Shown here: positions 1-13,300 of the stretch, piece after piece | How positions within the stretch are numbered: position 1 is the first letter of the stretch | Layout of the letters: each line of letters starts with the position of its first letter | Assembly (NCBI GenBank): GCA_977030845.1 | Contig: OZ365114.1 | Coordinates: 23,002,001 to 23,066,000, forward strand | From: Fimbriosthenelais zetlandica | Taxonomy: Eukaryota | Length of the DNA stretch: 64,000 bases | Direction of reading: 5' to 3' | Position numbers and translations under genes: made by a program | The notes under the pieces: model-generated | What the model saw: the letters and a program-made list of their open reading frames with translations, nothing else | What the model was told of the DNA's origin: nothing | The model's database searches: none

Positions 1-1153
1 CAATATAGAGTATAAATCGAGAAATTCCCCTAGTATCATAAAAACATTGAACTAAGATTCGTTGCAATAGGACTTGTTTCAAATATGATGCTAAGGAACT
101 AATTAAGTAGTGGTGGGAATTTTTCCGGCTGTCATCTCTTTTACCTGGTCCTGGAAAATTTGATGCAGATTTGGGGAACAAAATAGGTGTGAAATTGAGT
201 ACCTTTACATGTGGAAAACTGGTCCTGACTTCTGGTGGTGTATCTCTGTACTAGTGTCAAATTTATTCTCTTCAAACATACGAATAGTCAAATCTAGAGT
301 ATATTCCCTTCTCATTGCAGAGGTATGATCAACCTAGCAAATACATATTACAATTGCTGATGATTTTGAACAAATTTCTTGCATGGCTATGACCGAATTC
401 TGATTCCCCAATTTAAATTACCTCATGCCTAATTGACTATGTGGGAGAATATTTTTACCTTTATCAAGTATATTATCAAAATTCCGATGGGAAAAATTTC
501 ATTGTCGAGGCTTTCTTGTCATGCACATTGTCCAAATTAGAGGTGGCCAAGACACTGACTTTCAAAAGTACAAAGTGAAACAATGACACTGAGTGAACGT
601 GTAAATTATGTAGGCGGATATGGTATCAGTACAAATAGGTAATGTGAACATGGACACACAGACGATGCAATGAGAAGTGAAGAGACTTTAGACTAAGCCT
701 TTGGAAACATGTGGTTGGTTGGATGGTTGGCTGGTTGCTTGCTTGGATAGTGGGGGACAGAGGGCTGGCTGCAGCTGGTCAAAAAGCTACTGATATGACG
801 TATTGGCGTTATTATTATAAGACAAGTAATTGGCAGCGATTTGGTCATTAAAAGAGCAGTGAAGTCTTAACACTAGTGTAAGTATTAGACACTGAAGTAT
901 GATAATGATTAGGGTTTGAGATATAAAGGGAGATATGATAATCAAATCAGAAATGATCGTAATAACCACATGATGAGAGGAGAGAATTGATTGGATATCA
1001 ATTTGATCAGAATTGTTATTCGGAAAGATATAATGACATGGGATTTGTTTCAATATGGTTTTGGTCAGATGAAAGATTGGTGAGTTTGAGACATGGAAGT
1101 AACAGCGTTGTTTTGTTTAGACCAGCACATTGTAATCCTTTGTGCATGCGCAC

Positions 1154-1309
1154 CTTCTGATTAACTACCTCTACGGCGACATGGTACTTCCGCTGAAGTT
1201 CGGTGCCGATGAACTTGAGATCGCCCAATGCCTTCCAACAAGTCTTGATAGAACAACTTCCTGAGACGCCATGACACTTACACGCCGTGGTCAGGCTTTC
1301 CGTCAGTAT
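1154..1309 (-). CDS. wnt11: Wnt11 coding exon 4 (contains the palmitoleoylated-Ser motif); 3' boundary uncertain
   Basis: Acceptor tatctccacag at 1310. Encodes [52 protein letters not shown]. Best donor guess is AAG|GTGCGC at 1153, with GAG|GTAGTT as an alternative. Read-through hits a stop at 1016 without the Wnt SPDYC motif. Confidence 0.85.
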
Positions 1310-4300
1310 CTGTGGAGATAATGAAGGAGGAAAACTAATTATTCAGTTTATTGATTCATTAGTCAGCTATTTATGAGTGATTGTGGATTAGATATGACAG
1401 TAGAAAAGATAAAGATTCCCCTTACCACAGCCCACTGTATTTTTTGGGCTCCTGCAGCTCAAGAAGGCCATAACATATTTTTTGGCCAGTAATATATTGG
1501 ACTATTTTTTATTATAATTAACGGAGTGTATGATCAGAGACGTGTATGATGTGATGTATATGGAGCATGATATAGTTTGGATGTGATGTATAGATGGAGT
1601 TGTAAATAACGTCAGTGGTCGAGCCTTCCTCGTTCACTACCTTGTTAACATTCCCGCCAGATAGCCCACATTCTCACTCTACCTACATGCTTGCTTATAA
1701 CAAGCAATCATTTTAACACATACCTTATTTCTTTTATACAGTTCTTTGAAACTATACTTAAAACACTTTTGCGTAGCATGGGAAAATGTAATGAAAATCT
1801 TATGCACCCTAGATTACGCAGATGCATAATCATATAGATATTTGTTAAATAAATAAGGGAAACATTAATTGTAAATTAAATTAAGGGTTATATTTGATTC
1901 AGACACTTCCACTAACAAGCTTCACTATTTTATTAATAGTTTTAATTCAGAGAAGAACAATTTTTGTTGACAACCCTGTATATCCACGACCTTTACCAAG
2001 TGTCATTTATCTCCAAGCGGCCAGCGCTGGAACTAATTGGCTGAGGGAGAGGTGCTCGGTGCCTTCCACTACAGGCAGCCGGGGTGGAATACCAGCTTCT
2101 GGTTTCTCTATATGCTCCAATGAGCATCTCCAACTGTGTAGGGGTCAAAAGAATTATCTCTCTTATACAGGATAACTTTAAGCCGAGCCCCAACCACAAT
2201 TTCCCTCATGCTACAGGACGAATGTGTCATACCTTTCGATAAATTCATTGGATTAAATTGTAACATACATCAATATTTGAATAATCATTTCTAGCTATCG
2301 CCCAAGAACTAATACTAAAATTCATTACCAGGTGACAGAGACGGTACAAAGAGGTAGAACCCTCATAAATCCACTTAAGTAAATCAAACCTATCATTGTA
2401 ATTGATCCGAGGGGAGATACCAGCCGTGCTTAAAATCTTAAGAATGTCAGAGAGCTATGTATGATGGCGGGTGACGGTTGTTAGATGAGGGAGCTGGAGG
2501 CTGAGTATGTTTTGAGTTACAGTCACAGGGGGCGGGGTAGTTGCTCTCCGTGTGAGCGCTTCACTCTATGGGGAGCGACAGGTCCGGGAGCTACTCGCCC
2601 ACAGCCCTCAAATTGGTGACAAATTATCTTGGGAGGCCGTGATGGCTGTCTGAACACAGGCTGGCCGCCTGATTTGTGGATCATCAAGCTCAAGATTTGT
2701 GCGCGAGGCTTGAGTCGAGGTATTCTAAGGTTTCCATAAGTAAATACTAAGCAGTCGGTGAAAAGTTTAGGTCATCATGTATGCTGCATCGCTCTACCTT
2801 CAGAATCTAGGGTTAATTCAGATCTATAGATTAGAAGTGTGGTTAAAGAAAGTCATAAGAATGCCCTCGAGTAGCATTCCAGGGGCATAGGACATCACAT
2901 CAACAAAGGAACATGGACGATGACTTTATCGATCGCAGACTTAAAACAACATAACCTCCATATCCTGCCATTGCAACAAAAAGTTGACCCAACTTGCTAT
3001 GCCTTAGATCAACTTCGCATACGGACTTCCCCTTCGTTCCCCTTTCCAAACCCTGCACATCCTCAGAGGATTCCTCCCTCCGCTTATCGCTGGAAATCTC
3101 GCCACTTATCTCGTCGTCCGAGACGCTTCCATGTCCACGTCACTTCCGGGCCCTCAACTCACACATCAGAAGGGCAGAGATCAAAGGCGGAGCATTGGCA
3201 AGTGAGACAGCAGAGAACCCCTCTCTGTCATCCTTCATGATGAATACGCCTGATAACCCACTCAACCTCCAGGCTACCATTGTTTCACGGAGGATTCCAC
3301 AAAATCTAATCATGTCAATGATAATCCCTGATAACTCTTGTAGAAAAGGCAGGCCAGATTCTTGTCATGAAAGACTTTCTTTTAGAAGACACTAATCTGA
3401 TATAGGCGTGATGGAGTAGAAAACCAGACCCATGATCCAAGAAAGAAATGATGACTCAGATGTAAGATTTACACATACATACATAAGCTGATCAATTGGG
3501 TAGTTCGACCTCACAATGGTGAGTCATTTCATGGGAATATGCTTTTACTCATTGCTAGGTTTTCTGGTTGAGGATACCTTAACCTTCCCAGCTGCCCGGA
3601 AATGATCCGGGGAGCTTCCTTGCCAAGCAGGCATGCGCGACGAGGGGGAAGTGATCAATGATGGCTACCACTCCCCCAACGTCACAAATGTGCGACCTCT
3701 GTACCCCCTGCCCGTCATAATGCACAATACATAAATCTCCATCCTTGAACAGTAACATCGCACTCCTCTAGATCCCCATGAAAACGGCAACTTCCTATAA
3801 TCAAAGATATTCTAAAAGATATGCCGCAAAAATAGGAAAGATCCTTCAGAAAAATTGAAATTGGGCCTTATAGCCTACCCTGAAAGCGAAAAGGCAGTAT
3901 GGGACAGTAAGGGTAGAGTTTTCTGGGGAAAATAAGATGCAGGAGGACCACAATCCCTTAATGCGGAGTTTGATATTTCTCGCCTCTGCCATGTGTGCTG
4001 GAATCTGGGGCGGCCCCAGAAAAAAGAGGCAACATCAATGTACGGTTCAAGAACCCAAATCAGATGACAATTATGGTTTCAGACTCGAGCCGACATTTTA
4101 ATTTTGGCGGGAAACTTTGATCCCTGATCTAAGACGACCTGCCAGATACGTCAAGCGCTAAAGTAAGGAAGGCGGAGTGGGTCAAAGGTCAAAGGTCACA
4201 TCCTGGTGGTCTTGCACGTCTGCTTTTGGCCAGAAATCATGAGGCGACGATAAACGAAAAGATTCATTCTATACTCATTGGAAAGAGTCAGTTTGTTAAT

Positions 4301-7300
4301 ATATAAAAAGTTGTGGCCAACATAATAGCCTTTTCTTTGAAACGGAGACATGAGTTTTTAAATTACATGCTACAATCCAAAAATATTTAGTAAGCTTAGA
4401 GTGATGGATATTTGCTGAATTTCAACAGCCTCTTAAAGGTGCCCAAGTCATGAGGCTCGGAATGTGCACCAATATGCACAATCCGACAGGAAAAAGCTAT
4501 CAAGTTAGGTGGCCTTCAGGAAACGAGGTCAGCAGATGAAGAGTCTACAAACCCTGTTATGATAAACTTTCAGCTGAGATCTCGCCCCTCACTGTGAGAA
4601 GTTCACCAGATGACAGTTTTTTCTCCCGTTTTCTGCCACCTTGGCGTTAATCACAAGACCGCAAAGTCCTTCACGTCATTGGCAGAACGTCACGTGACAT
4701 GAAAACAAGCTCCTGTCTCTGCCTACAGAGGCCGCCACCATGCTTGAAGCCATAATTAATGCTTAGATTTCCTTGTCTGGGAAAAATACGTAAATAACGG
4801 CCAAAGTGTTGGCTACGTCAGTCTCGTTTTGGCTCTCGCGGTCGTCACTGGAAACGAGGTTATGGTTTTGGGATGTGACACAACACCAACAAAGGCTGGG
4901 AATTTCAACACGTCGCCTGAGCAAGTGGTTGGCCTGCGATCTGTCAAGAAATTGTCATATGTCCTTATTTTGTCGATGCTAAAAGTGGGGACAGTCTCCA
5001 GTGAGAATGACAATCTTCGCGTCTTTTTTGTGTTTGTGAAAAGGGAAGATCGTCTCTTGATATACCTGTTGTTCTAATGATGTATCGTAGGACCACTGTG
5101 TGGGATAAAATAACAGGAAGGGGATTAGATTAATGTTGTACATAACCCTGTCACTCACGGACAATATATAAAGATATCCAATATCCCTTGTTGACAAAGA
5201 TATCTGTGGAAGTGACCTAAAGTTGTACCCCACCATGTCTAACAGATAGTGGGGACAATGTCCTTGTGTTATTCTATCCGTCTTTTATTCGGGAAGGGGA
5301 GAGTTTTTCTCATCTGCCTATATGGGGTTTCTATCAGACATTAAGCACACCTCTTGGCCTGGACAGTCGCTTGAATTAGTGCTTCCCAGAGGCGATAAAA
5401 ATGTATCCCTCTAGCAATTTCAGTCATTAGTTCTATTTAAATGCCACCTAAGTCAAGGTATATTTCAAAACTTAGACCGCAAGAGCAAAATTAACTTTTT
5501 CCAATGACCCCCAACACCGAAATTTCAAAATAGGCCACATAAGTCTAGCATAGTCAAACAGGTAATTGAAACGAATTGCTGTACTGAAATAGAAATAAAT
5601 AATTAATCCTAACCCCTGCGTTTGATTCTTGCCCTCTCTTGCCCTCACAGATAGGGTAATGGAATATTGGGCAGGGGAGCTGGGGATATAGAAAGGGGGT
5701 TGACAACGAATGTATGAGCGACCCGGGGTGAGACTATTAGTTAGCCGGGAGGTACATATTGTAGGCTGACGGATGGGGCAAGGGGGGATAAAGGTATTGT
5801 AGTCGTTGTGTGCGGGCCTGTCCACACACCCATGATGAATGAACTCTACTTTGTAGCGTCAAGTGACAGGCCTACTTTAATGATGCTCTAATGCAACTTA
5901 ATACGCACAGGGCCCAGACAGGGGAAGTGACAGAGGGGCAGCGCCAACAGGGCAAAGGCCCTTTTACATCTGGCGTCAATGTCGGGATGGCCAGTGGATG
6001 GCCCCGGACTGTTCTTTGCCCCACATAGTCAACATGTTTAATTCCCCAGTTCCCAACAGCCTTATTTGTACAATCAGATCCACAGGGAACAAAGGACTTC
6101 AAAATGCAAGGACAATGACCAAAGAATAAAAAAAGCTTATAAATATGTAAATTGCTCTAGCGGAATTAGTAAAGTGCCATAATATATGTTATGTAAATGA
6201 CCTAAATACTTCATCGTAGAGTCGTATACGTGTATCCACCATCTATACCATCTCAGTGATAGCTCCCGTGGTAGCGGACAAATGGTCATTCTCTAATTAC
6301 CTGTCAAAGGTGTCGCTAAGTCAGCAGGTATAGAGCCCTTGATATAGGGTTATTTCATTCAGAGACGGCGCCATTAGCCAATAGTAAGTACATGATAGCC
6401 AGTTTAGACGAAAAAAGGTCATTATCTGCTTTGTAAAATGTGACATTTTGACCTTTTAGCTATTTTCTGTCCAACATTCTTCCTTGAAGTGGTTTTGGCA
6501 TGACATTTCTACCTATATGTAGACATGCAATAACGCCCAGGGTAGAAGGGCATCTATGGTGCAGATAGGGGCACCTTTAACCCCCTATAAGCACTAATTC
6601 AGTCTATTTATATCGAGGAATTAGATGGCGAGATATGATAGAAATGATGACAACAGAGATAAGTGTAGATTTCTGAAATGCTCCCTTTTGTACAAGTGCT
6701 CCTCAAAAATGGCGATATGTATAAGTGGGGGATCTTTCAGAATGCTGAAGCACTGGGCGGCATGAGGGGTTCAGCCTTCCTTATTTATTAATTGAATAAC
6801 GATTTTTTTTTTTATCAATACTTGAAGTTTACCATTTCTAGTGGTGTATAATCCAACACCACAAAAGTGATCTTTTTAAACTGTGCTGAGCTCATTGGAA
6901 TTCTGTCCGCAGTTGCTACTTCTGCTCAGAATGCGAGAATGCCCTTAGAGACCAATTCTAACATAGCACAAGTGAAAAAGTGCCCATTTGTCAGTGCTCA
7001 TGAATTAATGAATGAATCATATAGTGTGAGAAAGAGTCTGTTTAGCTTATGCATAATTAATCGGTATTAAGGGGGTGCAAGGTGGTTTTAATGACCTTCG
7101 GGAAAACCAGAACTTTGAACATTTCCTTGATTCATTTCACGCCTGGTTTCCTATTCCATCTGTTATGACAATTAGGACATAAATTGTCATTATGATTGTG
7201 TTAGTCATGGACAGAAGGGGAGGGCTCGTTGTTACTGATCTCACAAGCTTGGTACCGACTGGCTGAGGGGGGCGGAATAGTATTATGATAATGACTGATC

Positions 7301-10300
7301 CCTCTATTGACCGCCATATTGGATGTAGCGCCTATATTGACAACTGCATGTGAGAGGAGGTCATTCATTCAACCCCATCTGTTTTGTTGAGTTCATCATC
7401 CAACAATCTGTTCTAAGTATAATAGCTCAATAACAGGCGAATACTGGAGGTTCTTCGATACCATTATCAGTATTAGATAGATGATATTAGATTGATATGA
7501 GCTCAATAATCCCGGGTAAACCTTGGCATCCATCACTCACTGAGATATTTCAAGAAGGCCATAGTAATGTGACTCATGCCTTTTCCTCGGTCTTAGAACA
7601 TATCTGTGGTAAGCTGACACCCATGCATGAGAATTATACCAATAAAACAAACCAGTTGTAGTGTAAAACGTGGAGGAAAGGGTTGGCAGACTTGGCACTC
7701 GGAGCTCTCAAGGCACTTGCCTTGTTGATCAGCTTGGAAAATTGGTGTGACAGCCAAGGGTGAGGTCCAAGGAAAACATGAATCTGTGAGCCCCCTTCAC
7801 ACGGTGCCATACCACCGCTTCTCACCGTTGGTAAATGGGAATTTGTTAGATTTATTATGGATGTGACAAAGGTAGTCAAGGTTATCATTTCAAAGGAGAT
7901 CCTATACTTCATGTTAATCAAATTTTACTGACGTGGAACTTCCAGTTGCAATTTACCCCCAAGTGATGAAAATGATATACAGCATAATAATGCCATAGCA
8001 TCATGAAATCTGCGATGAAATCTACAGCGCTGTAATACAATTTCCCCTAGTTTCATATAAACATACTAGATATTTTAAGCTTCATTAGATGATTTAAACA
8101 CCAAAAAATAACCCAGGATAAAGTCGATAGCAGCTTGGTTTAAGCCAGAGGTTTGGGGAAGCAAATCTCATCCATCAGTTGAGATTTATTCACTCTGTGC
8201 TATACTGCCTGGCAGTTCATACACCTATGGGTGCGCCCCACTCGCATTGGCTTATCACACGGCCTCTGGGCATTTTCAACAAGAGCAGGGGTCCAAATAA
8301 CCCAGAACGGTGCGAGTATTTCATCCCTAGAGAAAGAAGTGTGTTATTCACTTCTGCAGCAAAACCAGCCATAAATCGTAAAAGGTTAAAACAATATTAT
8401 ACTTCTTGCTTATACATTGAGGTGTGAACACGGTCATAGACCTTTCTAACATTTTGAATTTCACAATGCCAGAGCCTTTCAAATATCATTCATCAAACCT
8501 TCACCCTATATTTGAAGGAACAGGGCTTTCTAACCATTTTTCAAAAGGATTTTGTTGTCCCTCAATGAATTTCAGATTTTATTACAATAAAACATGGCCC
8601 AAAATGAATAAACGTAGCATTAACTTTTACGGAACATATCCTGAATCAAGGAAGAGCAAATTTGATACACTCCACTGACCGCAATAAGCCTGGAGCAATA
8701 TGTGCATCCAAGGCTGTGTAAATAATGTCAGTAGTGATTTTATGGTGAGAAATTATCAGCTCTCTTGAATGTGTCAACAGAGCAGATAGCGTGAACATAA
8801 ATGACACCCCTTTGAATAAATATGAATTAACGGATGCATGCCCGGAGGAGAAATAGATGGCAGATTGAATCTATCTTTCAAACAATCAGGCTTCACCTTT
8901 ATCTAAACAATCAATATTCTTGGGAGCCTTGACATTTATTGAGTGGAAGGTCATAGAATTGAGGTGATTTCCTTCATTGCGATGCAAAGTCATTTCAAAA
9001 GAGCAACACCTACCAAGTGGCTGCTGCAGTATTAACAGAGTTGATTCCACAAGGTGCATGAAGAGAGATAACCAGACCCTACACCCGCATACTAAAGTAG
9101 ATAGCAGAACTGATCCACAAATGCCAATACCACACATTGAGCCCATACCTCCCACCTTGCACCACCGAGTCTCTAACCCTCTGATCAGTAACCTTCAACG
9201 AGCACTTGTCATTGTATGTCCGCCCACCTGGCCCTCCACCACCAGATGAGGGCAAGGAGGAGGATCAGAGGTGAACTGATGAAACAGAGCTGCTCGCTCC
9301 AACAAACACAGATTGAGAGAGATGGAAATAGCAGGAAGTAGTTGGCTGAAGTGCACAACTCTAAATCTCCTGAGGTACTTCTTGCTGCCAGGTTTCCACT
9401 TCTAATTAGTCAGAGCACTTTATTTTCGAAGGTACATGTACATGCATTTACTTAATTAACTGTTGCAAATAAGGAAAGAATGAGCATACGGTAGTACCTT
9501 GCCAACAGCTCATGTATACTGTAAGAGTGATGCCCTGATATTTCAAGCCTATAGAGACTTAAATCGTAGTTCAACCAATGTTTTTGGTACTATTCTGATT
9601 GAAAATTGTATGAATTCTTTACTGACCTTTCGGCCCGCGGCCAGATTATGAATGTTAACCCGGGCCTTTTTGGAGCGCTTTTTCCTCTTCCGAGTCCACT
9701 GTGAATCGGCAAAGGATTCTGTAAATGCTAAACCAAAGTGTAAATCGTCACCACAGCCGCCCCACTTGAATTCGCCTGGTGGTGGTTCCTGTGGCGTCCT
9801 GCCACAGGAACATTTTGTTGTGGCGCCAACACTGCACGCCTTGGCCACTGAGCGGGCCATAGCGGCGGAGGCTAAGGAATAAACATATGCTTGCTCCCGA
9901 CTCCCTGAAAAATAAAAAAAATATTTACGCATTAACTTAGAGTCTCTAAATGGTTGTTTAAGATTATTTATCAGAGTGTAAGGATGAATGAATGAAGGTT
10001 TAAAGCCATGCCAGCAGCTGCTCAGCATATAAGATGTATCATAATTTATTAACAACAATCCGATTAAAATCTAGCTCATTACTGTAATTAAAAGATGAAC
10101 ATGACTATATATCCAACTCTACATTACTTTATGTTATTCTTCAGAACCGTGCTAAAATCTCCTTTGTAGGAAGAATATTCTCCTTAGAAGGGGGAATAGC
10201 ATAAAATATATCAGTTTTATGATGTTGTAAGGGTCCCTGAACTGTGTATATGAGCCCCTTACATCAACGAGTATGGAAAACTCATTCTATACTCGTTGCT

Positions 10301-13300
10301 TACATCTAAGAGTACCCAAAACTCCGGCCCAAAAAACGATAAGAAAATCGCTCCAAAAATAGGGTTAAAATCACAAAGTACATAAAATACTCATCAGATT
10401 AGTATTTGTCGGCTATTGTTTGCCAATTGGAGGCGTTTTTATAGTGTGGCACATGATATAAGCCTTTAATGCCAAATGATATTTAAACGTTTCTTGCTAT
10501 AAATATTCACAGACTCTAGTAAATGATACAATAAGACACTGTGTCATATTTAAATTATACTATGTTCATCTGATGGTAGCATGTCTCTCTAATTTGACCC
10601 CTCGTGTGTAGAGCCTTGTACATTAGGAACTCATACATGCATAATTTGGTCATTTTCCTTGGGCGTTTTCTTCACCTCAGTGAAATGACCAACAGAAGAG
10701 CCGTTTCCCTTCTCCATATGGCAGCCTTTATGGACGACTAGCTATTCGCCAATTACTTGGAAACACCTGCTTTTCCTCGGCTGATGTACCTTGAATTCCT
10801 AAACAGGTGTGCTTCATAAGTATGCACACCCACTTCTTCACCATATACAAGCATGAAGTACTTAAGTCCCTTGCTTTATATGACCTTGATTAGAGGTCGA
10901 TTGGTGAATATCCTTCTGATAGTCTACTCATGAAGACTGATGCAAGGATTCGCTGCCATTCTGACAAAGGCCGAAGCCGATTTTCAGATATGAGATGCTA
11001 AAGTTAAAATAACTGTTGGCCTCCTATCTCACAGTCTCAGCCATAACATATTTGCCGACATATCACCTCAAATGAAAAGTTATTTCCTTCAAAAGGTTAC
11101 GGAAAGGAATATCGCATGGTGAGAAGGGGTATCATTAGGTATCGTTCCTATAGGGATTTAGCCTATTTTCAGAGCATTGACAACAATAATATCAGTGACT
11201 ATAAGAAACACATAAGAAAAATGACACGGAAAAGTATTATAATAGAGGGTCAACCTGCAGTGCTACACTTTTGATGACAACATTAGAAGGGGTACTCCCC
11301 CCTAGTGGGATGTGATGAAAGAAGACAGTGTATGCTGTACGGGAAGTGCAAGTTAACAGTTCCACCTCCTCCCGCCTCCCCCCATAACAAAACGGTGTAT
11401 CATTACCTCAAATGTTGCCCCCCATGGTTGTGGATTGTCCTCGGTCCCTGGTTCCTATATAATGCATTCACGTCCAAAGACAGAGTGCGACTAGTTCTTG
11501 CTGTCAGTTTTCTAATGTGATGGCACTGGTTTTTCAAACATAATCAATGCAGCTAACAGTATTGCGTAAGCTACACAGGCCTTGATGAAGATATATAGTA
11601 TGGAATTCTCTGTCCGGGAGATACCCGGCCTGATTACTCAACTCAAAGAGAAGGTGTCAGTACATCCTCACTCTGATCCTTTATCAAGACGATTTTGTTG
11701 CCAAAAATCTTATAAAGTGATTTGAAAGTATCTCAGGGGTATCGATCTATATCATTATTGGGATTATGATGATGGTAAGGAATACCAATAATATTGTCCT
11801 TAATACCTGTGAAACGTCTCTAGTAACTTAAGAAAATATAAAGCTTAGCTTTACATTTTCTGTGGGTTCATGTACATCAGCCTGGTTATAAAAGTATCAG
11901 TTTAGTCTGTGGAAAGTCAGTCAAGGTTCAAGGTGAGAGTTTTAGAGAGTAATCTGACGCTGCAATCCACCTTGTTCACGTCATAAACACATCAGCAAAG
12001 TGTCAGCTCAATGCCTTTGATGCTTCGTACAGTTTCAACGCAGGCAAGTGAAGAGAAGCTTGATGTGGAAGAGGAAGTGGGTTTGTAAGCAGTTGCAAGA
12101 CAAGATGGGCAGGAAAAGCGACTGTCAGCGACAGGGGTTTTCATCAAGGGACAAAGTTTCACCTGTACGGAGAATGTTTTTAGTGTTCTCCTCATTTGTT
12201 ACACATGGCTTCAGTTTTTGCTCACTTGTGAGCTTGTCAGCTGTGTGGTGAAAAGTGGAATGATGCATTCCTAGAACTTTTATGGTTTGTCAATTTACGT
12301 ACACAGAGTTCTTCTTCGCGTGTCAGGAGGACAATGTATCTGGAGTGATGAAGACATGAAGAGCAGCTGCAAGCACGTATTCATGCTGTTCACCTGCTCA
12401 TTTATGATACCAGCAGAAAAATCATCATAAACATCATGTGAGGATTTTAATTGCTGAGACACTCCTTTAAGACAATTCAGATTGCTACATGTATATGAAA
12501 GCGTAGAATGAAAACGAAAGAGGGGACCCTATAACTAAAAAATCTCCAATATAGGGATGTTATTGTTAACTCACATTCCTTTTTAGCCTTATGAGCTTTA
12601 ATTTTTTACCTTAGGGTTAATAACAAGCTAATAAACTTTCTCTATATATGCCAGTATGTCTCCTAGCCAATTTCTTTGCAATGAAATCTCTGTTTCCTCA
12701 CACATTTTTAAGCTTTACTCTATATTTATCCACAGCCGTGATGAAAGGGTGCAGGGAAGATGACATGATTCGGCCTTAATTTCTCCCAGTCATCCTATAA
12801 ATGATAGGGTAGCTAATCGGAGGAGCCAGGCAGTAATTACCTCCGATTTGGCGAGTTTCATGTCTGACAGTAACTCAGCCATTAACTTAATGAACGTAAT
12901 ATAGCCACCACTGAGGTGCAATACCCCAACGAGGGAATGTTGGCGACCTTTAAGACTTTTAATATGTCAGTCTCATTTGTCTATGTGAAGTACAATTACA
13001 CCATTGTGGTTACCTTTAAGGACAATCTAGGAGATGAACACCCAGTAAGTGTTCCTTCAATATGAATGATTATCCACCATGAATATTCATCTTCAGAATA
13101 CCTACTCAGACCACACCTATAGAAATGAATGTTGATAGCATGATAACCATCTATAAATCAACATGTGATCATAGCATTATGAATGCCTCATGTCACATAT
13201 TGTTGACTGTCACATTAATATTGATGCAGATCTATAGCTTCATCATTTTAGTTCAAACGATCTACAGTGAATGTATTATACTGAGGGTGTATACAACTAC

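Noticed and set aside
787-1053. Hydrophobic 88-aa ORF resembling a membrane protein
   Set aside because: AT-rich intronic sequence inside Wnt11; the Ile/Leu bias is compositional.
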